DNA of 60,755 bases from Acinetobacter sp. (GTDB lineage Bacteria > Pseudomonadota > Gammaproteobacteria > Pseudomonadales > Moraxellaceae), in the NCBI GenBank assembly GCA_041854545.1, contig JBHACK010000123.1:1-60755 (forward strand), read 5' to 3'. Each line of letters opens with the position of its first letter. Positions within the stretch are counted from its first letter, which is position 1. The translations under genes were made by a program, and so were the position numbers. Shown here piece by piece: positions 20,274 to 30,879 of the stretch. The notes below the pieces were generated by a model. That model saw only the letters and a program-made list of their open reading frames with translations, did no database searches and was not told the origin of the DNA.

Positions 20274-20846
20274 ATGGCAGAAGTTCAATTTAAAGTACGA
20301 AAAGTAACAGCAGTCCCAGTGGTTCCTGTTGAGCCAAATACTTTATTTTTTGTTGCGAATCCAAGCAGACCTGATTATGTTGAGATTTATATATCTAGCA
20401 ATACAGGGCAACAGATTAAGCGTGTTGTTAATGAAGATGACATCAAGGTGTTGATTCGCCAAGCGATTGAAGAAAATGGACAATTTAAATACGTTATTGT
20501 CGCTGACATTAACGCACGAAATACTTTGCAAAATAAGTCTCAACCAGTATTCGTGAAGAACGCAACGGCTGATTCAAGTGTAAAAAGTGGTGGTGCTTTC
20601 TACTTGTATGATGAAACGACCTCATCATGGGTAAAAGTGTCTGAAGCAGAAAGTATGGACGTGGTCATGCGATGGGCTGATATTCAAGGTAAACCAACAT
20701 CAACTCCACAAGCGATTGACACGGCGGTAACACAATCGCATACCCATGCCAATATCACCCAGTTAGATAAAATTGGTCAAGATGCTCAAGGTAATTTGTT
20801 ATTTGGTGGTAAATCGGTAGCAACAACCATTAATGATGCGTGGTAA
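20274..20846 (+). CDS. Tail-fibre-associated structural protein
   Basis: AGGAG RBS; VADINARN...V.NATAD..V.SG.A.Y and W.DI.GKP...SHTH.N motifs. Confidence 0.65.
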   Translation: MAEVQFKVRKVTAVPVVPVEPNTLFFVANPSRPDYVEIYISSNTGQQIKRVVNEDDIKVLIRQAIEENGQFKYVIVADINARNTLQNKSQPVFVKNATADSSVKSGGAFYLYDETTSSWVKVSEAESMDVVMRWADIQGKPTSTPQAIDTAVTQSHTHANITQLDKIGQDAQGNLLFGGKSVATTINDAW

Positions 20847-20852
20847 GTAAAA

Positions 20853-22715
20853 ATGGCTGATTATCCATTATTAGCACAAAAAACGGTATCATCATTACCA
20901 TCAACTCTAACGGCTAATACATTGTACTTTGTGCGTGTTGGTAATGGATTCGACTTGTATATGACCGATTCCACAGGGCAAATTGCACATAAAATCAATG
21001 ATGTAAAAAGTCCAGAATGGCAAATTTTATCTACCCAACAAAATTTAAACGATATGAAGACAGAGGGTAGATACTTCATTAATACAACAAGTAATCTTAA
21101 CGCTCCTACAACAACATGGATTTATGTTGAAGTTGAGCGTGTAGATATTAATGAAACTACCAATCGTATTCGTCAGAAAGTATGGGGCGATAATAATGTA
21201 AGAGCAGTTTATCATAGAATTTGGAACGGCACAGCTTGGACTGGGTGGGAAACAATGGCGACAGTTCAATGGTTCAATGGTACTGTAGCATTAGTAAATG
21301 ATTTGTTATTAGCAAATAAAGCCATCACAAACGGAAAATTATTATACAATGATGTTAATTTCAAACTTGGAATGAATGGTGTTGCGATTTACAACAATGT
21401 TGCAGGGGGTGGTCTTGTTATCGAACGTATCGAAAAACGACCGAATAATCCAACATCTTCTACACATGAAATTCGTATTACAAGACGTGCAAATGTTGCA
21501 ACTGGTCCAGGGCTAGGTGGATTTTGGCAAGCAATTAATTCAGCACCGAATAAAACCTTTGTTGTCAGATACTTAATTTGTTTACCTACTGGATATTCAT
21601 TAGTATCAGCAACAAACGCAACAGGAAATGGACGTATTGATAAATGGATTGGTAGTGTTGCAGGAACAGGAAAATATGAAAGTTACTACCGCTACATTCA
21701 ATGTGGTGATACAGGTTCATTTTCTACAACTGGTCATGTATATGTAACAGGTACAGCACCAACAACAGCAGATTTAGTATGGTATCTAGCACAAATTGAA
21801 TGTTATGAAGTAACAGACTACAAAAGTTATCTTGATTATGTTTATATCAAAGATGTGCGAAATGATGACCAATTGCCTAACTGGTATTGGACAAATTATC
21901 CAAGATGTGTAATCAATGAGTTTAAATTATCGACCGCTATCGGTTTAACTGGATTTCCTTTATACACTTGTTTAGAAACTCGTATAATGTGGGAAAATTC
22001 AAGCGGTGGTAGTATTGTTCAGACAGCGTATCACCCAACTGAACCCAAAAAAACGGCAATGCGTTATAGCGTAGGTGGAACGACAACAGCAACATGGTCG
22101 GCGTGGACACAGCCTTTTAACAATACATTAACTGAACAACGTGTAATAGAATTAATCAACGCAAACCGTCAATTCAATGCACATCAAGAGAAGATTCTTA
22201 ATGATTATGTGTTGATGAATACGGATAGTGATAATGATACGGTTTCCGATTATGACGAATTGAACAAATACAACACATCACCTACCGACCCTGATAGTGA
22301 TAATGACGAATGGACGGACGCTGAAGAGATTAGACGTGGTACAGACCCTAATGCTCCTAATCCACGACCTAACGCATTATTCTTATGGGATACGACATAT
22401 AACACAATGACCAAGAATACAGCAAACGACACTATGATTGTTGTTGCGAAATTGGACATTAATAATAAGCCTATCGAGCCTGTTAATGTTGTTGTTGAAT
22501 ATGGCGATGATTATTCTATTCGCATTGAGCGAAGAATAGAAAATCTCACATACAGCGGTGATAAACAAACAACTATTACTATCCCTGTTAAACAATGGAT
22601 TAATGAAGCATTCCCTAACAATGGATATAGCGGTAATCAATATTTCCGTGTATTCATTAATACTGTGGCAAGTGGTGCTAACGTATTTGGAACAGGCGAA
22701 CATTTTACATTCTAA
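20853..22715 (+). CDS. Second tail fibre / receptor-binding protein with pyocin-knob-like domains and DxDxD repeats
   Basis: LN...TEG.Y...W..WE knob-like units; DSDND repeats near the C-terminus. Confidence 0.7.
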   Translation: MADYPLLAQKTVSSLPSTLTANTLYFVRVGNGFDLYMTDSTGQIAHKINDVKSPEWQILSTQQNLNDMKTEGRYFINTTSNLNAPTTTWIYVEVERVDINETTNRIRQKVWGDNNVRAVYHRIWNGTAWTGWETMATVQWFNGTVALVNDLLLANKAITNGKLLYNDVNFKLGMNGVAIYNNVAGGGLVIERIEKRPNNPTSSTHEIRITRRANVATGPGLGGFWQAINSAPNKTFVVRYLICLPTGYSLVSATNATGNGRIDKWIGSVAGTGKYESYYRYIQCGDTGSFSTTGHVYVTGTAPTTADLVWYLAQIECYEVTDYKSYLDYVYIKDVRNDDQLPNWYWTNYPRCVINEFKLSTAIGLTGFPLYTCLETRIMWENSSGGSIVQTAYHPTEPKKTAMRYSVGGTTTATWSAWTQPFNNTLTEQRVIELINANRQFNAHQEKILNDYVLMNTDSDNDTVSDYDELNKYNTSPTDPDSDNDEWTDAEEIRRGTDPNAPNPRPNALFLWDTTYNTMTKNTANDTMIVVAKLDINNKPIEPVNVVVEYGDDYSIRIERRIENLTYSGDKQTTITIPVKQWINEAFPNNGYSGNQYFRVFINTVASGANVFGTGEHFTF

Positions 22716-22746
22716 AAAAAATGAGCCAAATAATTGGCTCATTTTT
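22715..22746. terminator. Bidirectional terminator
   Basis: AAAAAATGAGCCAA-ATAA-TTGGCTCATTTTT between convergent genes. Confidence 0.8.
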
Positions 22747-24200
22747 TACATCAACCAAGCATTTCCGATTGTTTCGGCACTACGTTGTAATTCAACTTGA
22801 ATGCTTTCATTGGTGATATATGTCCATTGATTCGGTTTATTCAAGTTTTCAACAGCTTGTACATAAAAATCACTCATATTGTCATTAAAGGCACTAATAT
22901 GATTGCGTAATAAGGTTGTAATTTCTTGTGTGTTGAACCCGTTAGCCAGCCATTGACTCGCTTTCAAGCTATTTTTTCCATATTTATCTACCAGTAAACC
23001 AATGATTTGTTCTTTTACTTGTTCAATATCATGCACGGCGGATAGCTTGCCTTGAATGTAAATTTTAAATGGCTTTTGTTCGACTTCATGAAAATTTACA
23101 CGGTCAGTATATAAACTGTCTGCATAAGCAATGGTGCGTGCAATATCTTGCTTAATCATCTCTTTTTCGCTCTCATTGATAGGGATAAAAGCAACATTGA
23201 GATGGTTAATATTTTTCCAATCTGCACCAAAATGGCGTTCATGTAAATTCTCGTTCCAAACGCTAATAAAATGACAGCGGTTCATAAATTTTTTACGGAG
23301 CAAGAAATCGAATTGCCCTAAAAATACTGCATTATCATCATAAAGTGATGGGTAACTAGCAAGTACTCTTAATTGTGAAATATTTAAAGGGTCTGCACCT
23401 GCACGCACAACAGCACCTAATTTAAACTTGATTCCTATCTTTTGTTCATCTGTTGTGTAAACATCAAGGAGTGAAGCATCTTTTAAGCGTTCGGTTTCAA
23501 CATAGCCATGACTTTCCGTCAATCCAAGTGTAAATACTTCACCTTGTTGAGCAGTCCTACCAACTCGCTCACTATCGCCAAACTCTACATAAATGCTTTC
23601 ATATTCATCTGTTGTGAGTGTCGCCGTGTAATCTAAAGCATTCACATTAAACCATTTGGGTTGTAGAGTGTAATGATGACTACTTGGCAATTCATTATCT
23701 CTTAAAACCAAGCTCGTTAGATTCATGTCGTCTTGCAACTGAATTTTAACTTGGTGAAAAGGTTCGGTTTTAGGAATCGTGTATTGAATTTCTCGATATT
23801 CGCTTTGTTCAACTGTTGTAATCAAGCTACCGTTTGGCTCAATCGTTACCGATTTAAGCAATCGCCACTTTCTAGCACCACTATTATCTTCAATTTTTCG
23901 ACCCTGTGATAAGGTTACAGGATTTACGCCATTGTTAAAAATTTCAATTTCATGTTGGCAAGCAACGGCAAGCGGTAAAACTCCTTTATTACTTGCATCT
24001 GCCAAAATTGAGCGGTCTTTTGCTTTGATAAAAGGCTCAAGGCTTGCAATTTCCATATCTTTTGACAATAAACTTAAAAACGTTGCAATTGACTTTAATT
24101 GCATAGTAATAATAGGGTCGCCAGCTTGGTAGCGTTGGCGAACTTCAATATCATCTATATTTTGTGTAAGTGCGGTTAATAATTGATTTTGAGTAAGCAT
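22746..24200 (-). CDS. Baseplate wedge protein (P1 BplA / baseplate J-like)
   Basis: 484 aa; VEFGD...G, GADPL and VWNE motifs; co-transcribed with a gp25-like gene. Confidence 0.7.
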   Translation of the reverse strand: MLTQNQLLTALTQNIDDIEVRQRYQAGDPIITMQLKSIATFLSLLSKDMEIASLEPFIKAKDRSILADASNKGVLPLAVACQHEIEIFNNGVNPVTLSQGRKIEDNSGARKWRLLKSVTIEPNGSLITTVEQSEYREIQYTIPKTEPFHQVKIQLQDDMNLTSLVLRDNELPSSHHYTLQPKWFNVNALDYTATLTTDEYESIYVEFGDSERVGRTAQQGEVFTLGLTESHGYVETERLKDASLLDVYTTDEQKIGIKFKLGAVVRAGADPLNISQLRVLASYPSLYDDNAVFLGQFDFLLRKKFMNRCHFISVWNENLHERHFGADWKNINHLNVAFIPINESEKEMIKQDIARTIAYADSLYTDRVNFHEVEQKPFKIYIQGKLSAVHDIEQVKEQIIGLLVDKYGKNSLKASQWLANGFNTQEITTLLRNHISAFNDNMSDFYVQAVENLNKPNQWTYITNESIQVELQRSAETIGNAWLM

Positions 24201-24203
24201 AGT

Positions 24204-24491
24204 TTATCCTTGATTAAATTGTGTTAGGTCAATCGTGATATTTTTGCCAATTTCAAGATACAGCTTTTTTTGTTCAAAGCTATTATCTTCTTGCCATAGG
24301 TTAATATCTACATTTGCAAGCATAGGAATATCTCGCTTAAGTTTATCAATGAACTGATTAGCAAGATTTTCTGTCATAGGCACTAATAAAAAAGCATTTA
24401 AATCCGCTCCATAACTTTGCCCATAGTACATATTGGCAGGAGTGGACAACCAATGCTCTAAAATTTGTATTAAGTCTTGATGGTCTAACAT
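24204..24491 (-). CDS. T4 gp25/W-like baseplate protein (P1 PmgA-like)
   Basis: HWLSTP..Y.G..YG.D....KLKRDIP pattern. Confidence 0.65.
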   Translation of the reverse strand: MLDHQDLIQILEHWLSTPANMYYGQSYGADLNAFLLVPMTENLANQFIDKLKRDIPMLANVDINLWQEDNSFEQKKLYLEIGKNITIDLTQFNQG

Positions 24492-24518
24492 AGTAAAAAT
24501 ATGAGAAAAATAAAGGTT

Positions 24519-24558
24519 ATTTTGGCATTTTTTAAACCTAGAATGAGCGGTTTGTTCC
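24519..24558 (-). promoter_or_regulatory. Late-promoter motif GGAA-N30-CAAAAT
   Basis: Divergent from the darB promoter. Confidence 0.65.
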
Positions 24559-24581
24559 TAGTGATAAGCAAAAGCCTTTTT

Positions 24582-24621
24582 GGAATTAGTGAAAAAACAT
24601 AGCCTAAATATTTTAGATAAT
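24582..24621 (+). promoter_or_regulatory. Late-promoter motif GGAA-N30-GATAAT
   Basis: Upstream of darB. Confidence 0.7.
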
Positions 24622-24653
24622 GTGTTTATCTTTTTTATTTCAGTATTGCGGTT

Positions 24654-27600
24654 ATGAATATTTTTGATAAAGCATTTGAGACAAGTCAAGTTTTAGACTT
24701 TTTACAAGGTAAACAACAATTAGAGCAATTATTGAATCGTCTTTCTATCTCTATGCAACCGAATCAATGGTTGGATTACATTAAAAGCATTCAACAAGGC
24801 AATAAACTTTACGATGAATTACAAGCGATTTTAAAGAAAAAAGTAGGCTACTCATTACAACATGAAGAAAACACGGCGGTTGCATTAACAACGCCACGCC
24901 GTGATACATCTCATCTTTATGTAAGCGATGAAAAGACCACAAAAACTAAACGCCAAAATCAAAACGACCAAGCATTTGCCATTGTTCAGGCTCATTTAAA
25001 TGGTCAGTTATCACTATCAGATATTAGTGATGAACAAAGACAAATTTTAGGGCGTTATACAGGCAATGGCGGTGGACTAAAGGATAATCTAACAGGGCAA
25101 ATTGGTTCTGCTCATGAATACTATACACCTATTGCGATTGCTCAAGGAATTTGGCAAGGCTTAGCCAATATGGGGTTTGGCGGTGGTTTAATGCTTGACC
25201 CATGTAGCGGTAGTGGCGTTTTTGGAGCAACCGCACCGCTAAATACCGCTGTTGATTGTGTTGAGCTGGACAAAACGAGCGGTACAGTCAATAAATTAAT
25301 TAACCAAAGTGATAGCTACAATGTAACCATTTCCAACTTTGAAAAAGTGGCTAAACAAACGCCAGATGAAATTTACGATAGCGTAGTTTCAAATGTTCCT
25401 TTTGGTGATAACCGAGAAGGTCATCAATTTGATGATGATGTTTATCAAGACCAACCTTTAGAGAATTATTTTATTTTACGTTCATTGGATAAACTCAAAG
25501 CAGGTGGTTTAGCGTGTTTTATTGTGCCAACACGTTGTACTGACGGTTTGAGTAAAAAAGAAAAACAATTACGCTATATGGCAAGCCTGAAAGCAGAGTT
25601 TTTAGGGGCGGTGCGATTGCCAAATAAGGTGTTTTCTGTAACAGGGGCTGATGTTATTACTGATGTTATTTTCTTTAAAAAGCATAGTAAAAATGCCCAA
25701 AAGAAAATTGATGATTTACTCCAATCCAATGCAAGTGTATTAAGCGAATCCAATGTACTTTGGGCTGAATATCTTGATGGACAATATTTTAAACATTCTG
25801 GGCGTAAATATGTCTTAGGTGATTTTGTTGCAAAAGATGAGAACAAATTCCGTGATGTGGACAGGGTAATGACGGATAAAAGCACCCTAGAGATAGCTCA
25901 AGCGTTGGGAAATATCAAATTTAAGGGGCGTATTGATTGGGCGTTATTGGACACAACAGAAGCCGAACATATTGTCTATCATGATGGCGATATGTTGGTG
26001 CAAAATGGGCGTACTTTACAACTACAAAATGGACAATGGCAGATTGTGCAAGGTGAACAACCAAGCGAAGATATGCAAGCCCTATATCAGCTATTTAAAG
26101 ACCCTATTTATGCGTTTAACCAACAAGCAACGTTTGAACAGGCTCAAACATTCTATCAATATTTACACAATAAGCGATTATTTAGCCAAGTACCTGTATG
26201 GTTAGAGCAAATTTATTTGGCAACACAACGTAACCAAGATTATTTTACGCCGTGTTTAATGGCAACAGCAGTTAAATTTGCCCTAGAAAATAAACAAGCA
26301 ACCGATGATTACACACAAATTTACCCAGTATTATCACAAGGCTTGAAAGATTATGCAGGTCGTTTATCTAAAATCAAAATACATCACGATGAAGTTAAAC
26401 GAACCCTTAAATTGGCACAATTACACTATAAAGATAAGCAATTTAGTGATGTTTGGCAGGGCAAAATCCAACAATTACAAGCTGAAGCAGTCAATGTTGA
26501 TTATGGCTTTGATGGTTTAATTTATAAAAATCAATCGCATTGGGTTAAATTAGAACAAGCCAAAGCCTTGTTTGGTGATGATTTTGACCCTATGAATGAT
26601 AAAGAATGGGCAATTTCTGCTGATGGTTTGAGTGTATGCCGTGCAGATGATTACTATGTCGGCAATATTGGACATTTGATTGATGACATTGAAAAACAGA
26701 TTAAACAAGCCAATCATGAACCGTTAAAAATAAAATTGCTATCTCAATTACAGGTCGCTAAAGACCGAATGATTAAGATTGATACGCAAAATATGGACTT
26801 TAATTTGCTATCGCCTTATGTGTCGCTAGAAGACAAGGTACGTTTTTTAAAGGATTATGTACATTCATCGGCATTTATTAATACAGATAAAGATGGTCAG
26901 CCTTTTATTGATTTTGAGTTTAATAGCGTTGATAGCAAACAAGATGAAAACAAAATCATCAAACGTATTACACAGTATCTTAAGTCAGGCAATTTGTCTT
27001 TAGGTGGGATAGATACTTATCTAGGCGATGAACAAGCCTTAAATGTGTTGCGTAATAAAGTGCGTACGCTCAATACTCAATTTTCAGGCTGGGTAAGGTC
27101 GCAAACATCATTAACAGAGCGTTTAGAGTATTTGGCAAATAACCCTTATAAACAATATTTTAATGTTGTAGATGATTCTCGTGAGTTGCATATCGTAGGT
27201 ATGAATCCTGAGTTGAAATTACATGACTATCAACGTGCTTTTGTTCGTCAAATGGGGCGTAATTTTCAAGGGATTAATGGTTATGATGTGGGCTTAGGTA
27301 AAACCTTTACCGCCTTAGCAAGTGTGCAGTATGTACAATCGATTGGCGTTAAAAAGAAAACAGTATTTATTGTGCCAAACGCCGTGCTTTCCAACTGGTA
27401 CAAAGAAGCAGGGCGAGCTTATTTGAGCTTAGATGATTGTTTATTTGTTGGATTGCGTGAGAAAAATGGAAAATTGAGTACAGATAGTAAATATTATGAT
27501 GAAGATTTATTGCGTATTCAATCTAACCAGCACCGTAAAATCTTTATGACAATGGAAGCATTTGAGCGTATTCGTCTAAAAGATGACACGATTGAGCAAT

Positions 27601-30600
27601 TTGAACAACATTTAGCACAAATTGATACAGCGTTTGCCCAAAGTGAACAACGTAAAAAAGACAGTAGAGCAAAAAATCGTTCTAAAAGTGTTGCCGAATT
27701 GCTTAAATCTAAAACAGGCGTTGCTCCATATTTAGAAGAATTAGGGGTTGATAGCTTGGTCATGGACGAAGCTCACGCCTATAAAAATTCATCAGACAGT
27801 TATGATTTTAAAGGGGGTAAGTACTTATCTCTATCTCCATCTTCTAATCGTGGTTTAGATTGCCAAGCAAAAGCGTGGTATATTCGTGGTATGCAGAAAA
27901 AAGGTGATGGCGTATTATTGCTCACAGCAACGCCAATTACCAATAGCCCTTTAGAAATCTATTCAATGCTGAGTCTTGCCGTTGGTCATGGTCGTGTTAA
28001 TGACTTAATGTTGTCAGCAACGGGTGCAGATGACTTCTTGAACGCCGTGTGTGAAATGCGTAATGAACCTGAATTGACGATTGATGGACGTGTTACAGAT
28101 ATGCGTGTTTTCACAGGGCTAAATAATACGCAAATGTTAAGACGTTTAATTAATCATGTGGCAACCATTAAAACCAGTGATGATGTTGGACAATCTATTT
28201 TTGTGCCATCATCGCCTGTTGATGAAAGCCAAGTTGTGTTAGATAAGGAAACATTGCAACGCTTGGACTGGTATAAAACGATTTATCGCATTGCCAAACA
28301 ATCACAAAGAAAGTCCCTTGTTACAGCTCAAGAGTTGGATATGTTGCAAAATGCAATTGAGATGACAGGAGATAGTGAAGAGTTGTTAGCCCACCCTTTT
28401 AACTTGATTAGTAAAATGTCCAATGCAATTTTGGATAAGGATTTAGATGATGGGGTAAGTCGCTACACAATTGACAGTAAACAACAGGATAAAGTGAAAA
28501 AACTTTTAGCAAAATGGAATGCAAAACCGCCAACTGAAGAGCGAAACAAACTAGGTCGATTGACTGAAAGACAGCACGTTGTCTCTGAAAAAGTGAGTAA
28601 AGATGGTGAGCCAATGTACAAGGTCAATGCCGTTGTTCGCCAAGAAGATGGGGTTTTAATCCTAGATAGTAACCAATGGAAAACACAAGATGCTTTTGAA
28701 ACAATGGCTGAAGCAATGGGGGTAAATTTAGGGGTTAGTATTAACAATAAATTGGCTGGCTTATTGGAAAAATTTAAAAAAGAACAATCCGTCCCTCGTG
28801 GTTTGGTGAAAAATGAACACGGCGAAACGGTTGTTTTACCGTATGCAAAACAAATTATTTTCTGTGATAGTTTACCATTGCACAATAAAATCCGTAACGC
28901 CTTAGTACAATATGCAGGTGTTGATAAGTCCAAAATTGCCATTATCACAGGGCAACGCAATCATGACCCTATGGATATTTTGGAGATTCAAAACGGATTT
29001 AATAGTGTTGATGATAACCGCTATCAAGTGATTATTGCTAATGAAAAAGCTGAAGTTGGGATTAACTTGCAAATTGGCACGCAAGCGATACATCATTTAA
29101 CGATTGGTTGGACGGCAGATAGTTTACAACAGCGTAATGGTCGTGGCGTTCGTCAAGGAAATTTAACTCAAGATGTCAGTATTTACTATTATGATGCCAA
29201 TGGTACATTTGACAGTATGAAAAGACGTGTGGTGAATGCAAAAGCCAATTGGATTGGTGAATTATTGGATAGCCAACACACAGGCAAGGTCAATATGAAT
29301 GAAAGTTTAAGTCGTGAAGAACTGGATTTGCTGATTGATGCCACAGGGGATAGTGAAAAAATGCTTGCCGTGCAACAGAAGATTTTAGATGTGCAACATG
29401 AACAACGAGTGCAGGAAATCCAACGTAAACAACTGGTACATATCAAGACTTTAAAAACAGAATTGGCGAATCGTAAAAGCCATCAATCGCCAGAAACCTT
29501 ATTGGCTGATATTGTGGTTGAGATTTTCAAACTAGGAGACAGTAATCCTGATAAAAAACAGCAGTTGATGAACTATCTACAGCAAGCGTTTTTGTGGAAA
29601 AATGAAACAGCCTTAGAGAGCTTAATTAATGATGCCACAAGGTTTTATGGTCGTGGAAAAATGCCACCTAGCCAAGTCCATGATAAGGTTATTTGGAACT
29701 ACAACAAACACATTCAAGTTGATGAAAACAAGCAACCAATGGTTAATGAGCAGTCTGAATTTTATCAAGACTGGCAAGAGAAACAACAGTCGATTGACCG
29801 CTTAATTACAATGGCTCGCCGTGATTTTAATGAGTTAGCACAACAAGATGGGGCTTATTCTGCTAGTATCATTGAAAATATGAATAAAGCACATGATGTC
29901 CACTTATTAAGCGATGATTATATCATTGTAACTAATGGGTTGGTTGTGTTTGAAGATAAAGGAGAAACGGTGATTGGTTGCTATATTGATTACGGCAGGG
30001 GGAACTTTGAGTATTGGGATAATAAATTAGGCATTCGCAATGCAAATTATTTATTGCCAGACATGATTAAAAATAAGCAGTTAATGGTGCTAAACCCTGA
30101 CCATGTGGATTATGATAAATACGCCCTACAAATCGCACAATGGGAAGATAGACAGCAGGTTGATTATTTTTCTAAACATAACCCACATATCGCTCGTTTA
30201 CGTCAAGCAAAAACAGACAAAATCCATCGATTAGATGTAGAAGATACTTTAGTAAAAGATGGTGATTTTTTACTGCCTTTACTAGATAAAAAATATATAG
30301 GTAAACAGCATTTAGTGCCGTTTTTTGCAAAATTGGCAGAACGCCAATCAATCTATATTGATGCGTATTTTGGGTCGTTTTTTAAAACAAAAGAAAGTCA
30401 TTTGCAAAATTTCATCAAGAAAGAGAGCTTAAGCGGTACATTTGATTTATTGTGGGAGATTGAGAAATTTTCAAAAGCATTTGATGTAAAAATGACAGAA
30501 CGTGAATTTACAATGTTGTTTAAACAATATGCGAAAGGCTATGAACTTCTTGACTCTTTTGGTGTAACTTTGGCGTATAAGGTTGCTACAGAGTTGGATA

Positions 30601-30752
30601 AACAAGATGGTGCTAATGTTGAATTTATTAATAGTCCAGCATTTGTTGATTTAGTCAAAGATTTAACTCAGGATTATTTGCCATATTTGGATTTATTTGA
30701 GCAAGTTGTTATTAATCCTATGCGTGTGCGATTGAGTAAGCATATTACCTGA
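24654..30752 (+). CDS. darB: DarB-like N6-adenine methyltransferase / SNF2 helicase
   Basis: MTase LDPCSGSGVF and NVPF; helicase DVGLGKT, DEAH, TATP, QRNGRGVRQGN; 2032 aa. Confidence 0.88.
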   Translation: MNIFDKAFETSQVLDFLQGKQQLEQLLNRLSISMQPNQWLDYIKSIQQGNKLYDELQAILKKKVGYSLQHEENTAVALTTPRRDTSHLYVSDEKTTKTKRQNQNDQAFAIVQAHLNGQLSLSDISDEQRQILGRYTGNGGGLKDNLTGQIGSAHEYYTPIAIAQGIWQGLANMGFGGGLMLDPCSGSGVFGATAPLNTAVDCVELDKTSGTVNKLINQSDSYNVTISNFEKVAKQTPDEIYDSVVSNVPFGDNREGHQFDDDVYQDQPLENYFILRSLDKLKAGGLACFIVPTRCTDGLSKKEKQLRYMASLKAEFLGAVRLPNKVFSVTGADVITDVIFFKKHSKNAQKKIDDLLQSNASVLSESNVLWAEYLDGQYFKHSGRKYVLGDFVAKDENKFRDVDRVMTDKSTLEIAQALGNIKFKGRIDWALLDTTEAEHIVYHDGDMLVQNGRTLQLQNGQWQIVQGEQPSEDMQALYQLFKDPIYAFNQQATFEQAQTFYQYLHNKRLFSQVPVWLEQIYLATQRNQDYFTPCLMATAVKFALENKQATDDYTQIYPVLSQGLKDYAGRLSKIKIHHDEVKRTLKLAQLHYKDKQFSDVWQGKIQQLQAEAVNVDYGFDGLIYKNQSHWVKLEQAKALFGDDFDPMNDKEWAISADGLSVCRADDYYVGNIGHLIDDIEKQIKQANHEPLKIKLLSQLQVAKDRMIKIDTQNMDFNLLSPYVSLEDKVRFLKDYVHSSAFINTDKDGQPFIDFEFNSVDSKQDENKIIKRITQYLKSGNLSLGGIDTYLGDEQALNVLRNKVRTLNTQFSGWVRSQTSLTERLEYLANNPYKQYFNVVDDSRELHIVGMNPELKLHDYQRAFVRQMGRNFQGINGYDVGLGKTFTALASVQYVQSIGVKKKTVFIVPNAVLSNWYKEAGRAYLSLDDCLFVGLREKNGKLSTDSKYYDEDLLRIQSNQHRKIFMTMEAFERIRLKDDTIEQFEQHLAQIDTAFAQSEQRKKDSRAKNRSKSVAELLKSKTGVAPYLEELGVDSLVMDEAHAYKNSSDSYDFKGGKYLSLSPSSNRGLDCQAKAWYIRGMQKKGDGVLLLTATPITNSPLEIYSMLSLAVGHGRVNDLMLSATGADDFLNAVCEMRNEPELTIDGRVTDMRVFTGLNNTQMLRRLINHVATIKTSDDVGQSIFVPSSPVDESQVVLDKETLQRLDWYKTIYRIAKQSQRKSLVTAQELDMLQNAIEMTGDSEELLAHPFNLISKMSNAILDKDLDDGVSRYTIDSKQQDKVKKLLAKWNAKPPTEERNKLGRLTERQHVVSEKVSKDGEPMYKVNAVVRQEDGVLILDSNQWKTQDAFETMAEAMGVNLGVSINNKLAGLLEKFKKEQSVPRGLVKNEHGETVVLPYAKQIIFCDSLPLHNKIRNALVQYAGVDKSKIAIITGQRNHDPMDILEIQNGFNSVDDNRYQVIIANEKAEVGINLQIGTQAIHHLTIGWTADSLQQRNGRGVRQGNLTQDVSIYYYDANGTFDSMKRRVVNAKANWIGELLDSQHTGKVNMNESLSREELDLLIDATGDSEKMLAVQQKILDVQHEQRVQEIQRKQLVHIKTLKTELANRKSHQSPETLLADIVVEIFKLGDSNPDKKQQLMNYLQQAFLWKNETALESLINDATRFYGRGKMPPSQVHDKVIWNYNKHIQVDENKQPMVNEQSEFYQDWQEKQQSIDRLITMARRDFNELAQQDGAYSASIIENMNKAHDVHLLSDDYIIVTNGLVVFEDKGETVIGCYIDYGRGNFEYWDNKLGIRNANYLLPDMIKNKQLMVLNPDHVDYDKYALQIAQWEDRQQVDYFSKHNPHIARLRQAKTDKIHRLDVEDTLVKDGDFLLPLLDKKYIGKQHLVPFFAKLAERQSIYIDAYFGSFFKTKESHLQNFIKKESLSGTFDLLWEIEKFSKAFDVKMTEREFTMLFKQYAKGYELLDSFGVTLAYKVATELDKQDGANVEFINSPAFVDLVKDLTQDYLPYLDLFEQVVINPMRVRLSKHIT

Positions 30753-30769
30753 CAAGTCATTGAAAATCG

Positions 30770-30797
30770 AAAAACCTAGCTTAATTGCTAGGTTTTT
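30770..30797 (+). terminator. Rho-independent terminator
   Basis: AAAACCTAGC-TTAATT-GCTAGGTTTTT. Confidence 0.8.
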
Positions 30798-30803
30798 GTC
30801 TTT

Positions 30804-30843
30804 GGAATTGTGAAAAATGACAGGGATATATTTTTGCCATAAT
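30804..30843 (+). promoter_or_regulatory. Late-promoter motif GGAA-N30-CATAAT
   Basis: Near-duplicate of the copy at 42975. Confidence 0.75.
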
Positions 30844-30879
30844 AATTAAATGTAATAACACAACACAAGGTTTTTTTAA

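Noticed and set aside
7955-22715. P1 Cin/cix invertible fibre segment or a diversity-generating retroelement
   Set aside because: No serine invertase, reverse transcriptase, flanking inverted repeats or TR/VR pair seen.
24654-30752. DarB-like gene as a host restriction-modification or defence system
   Set aside because: It has the phage late promoter, lacks a nuclease partner, and co-occurs with darA, hdf and ulx homologues.
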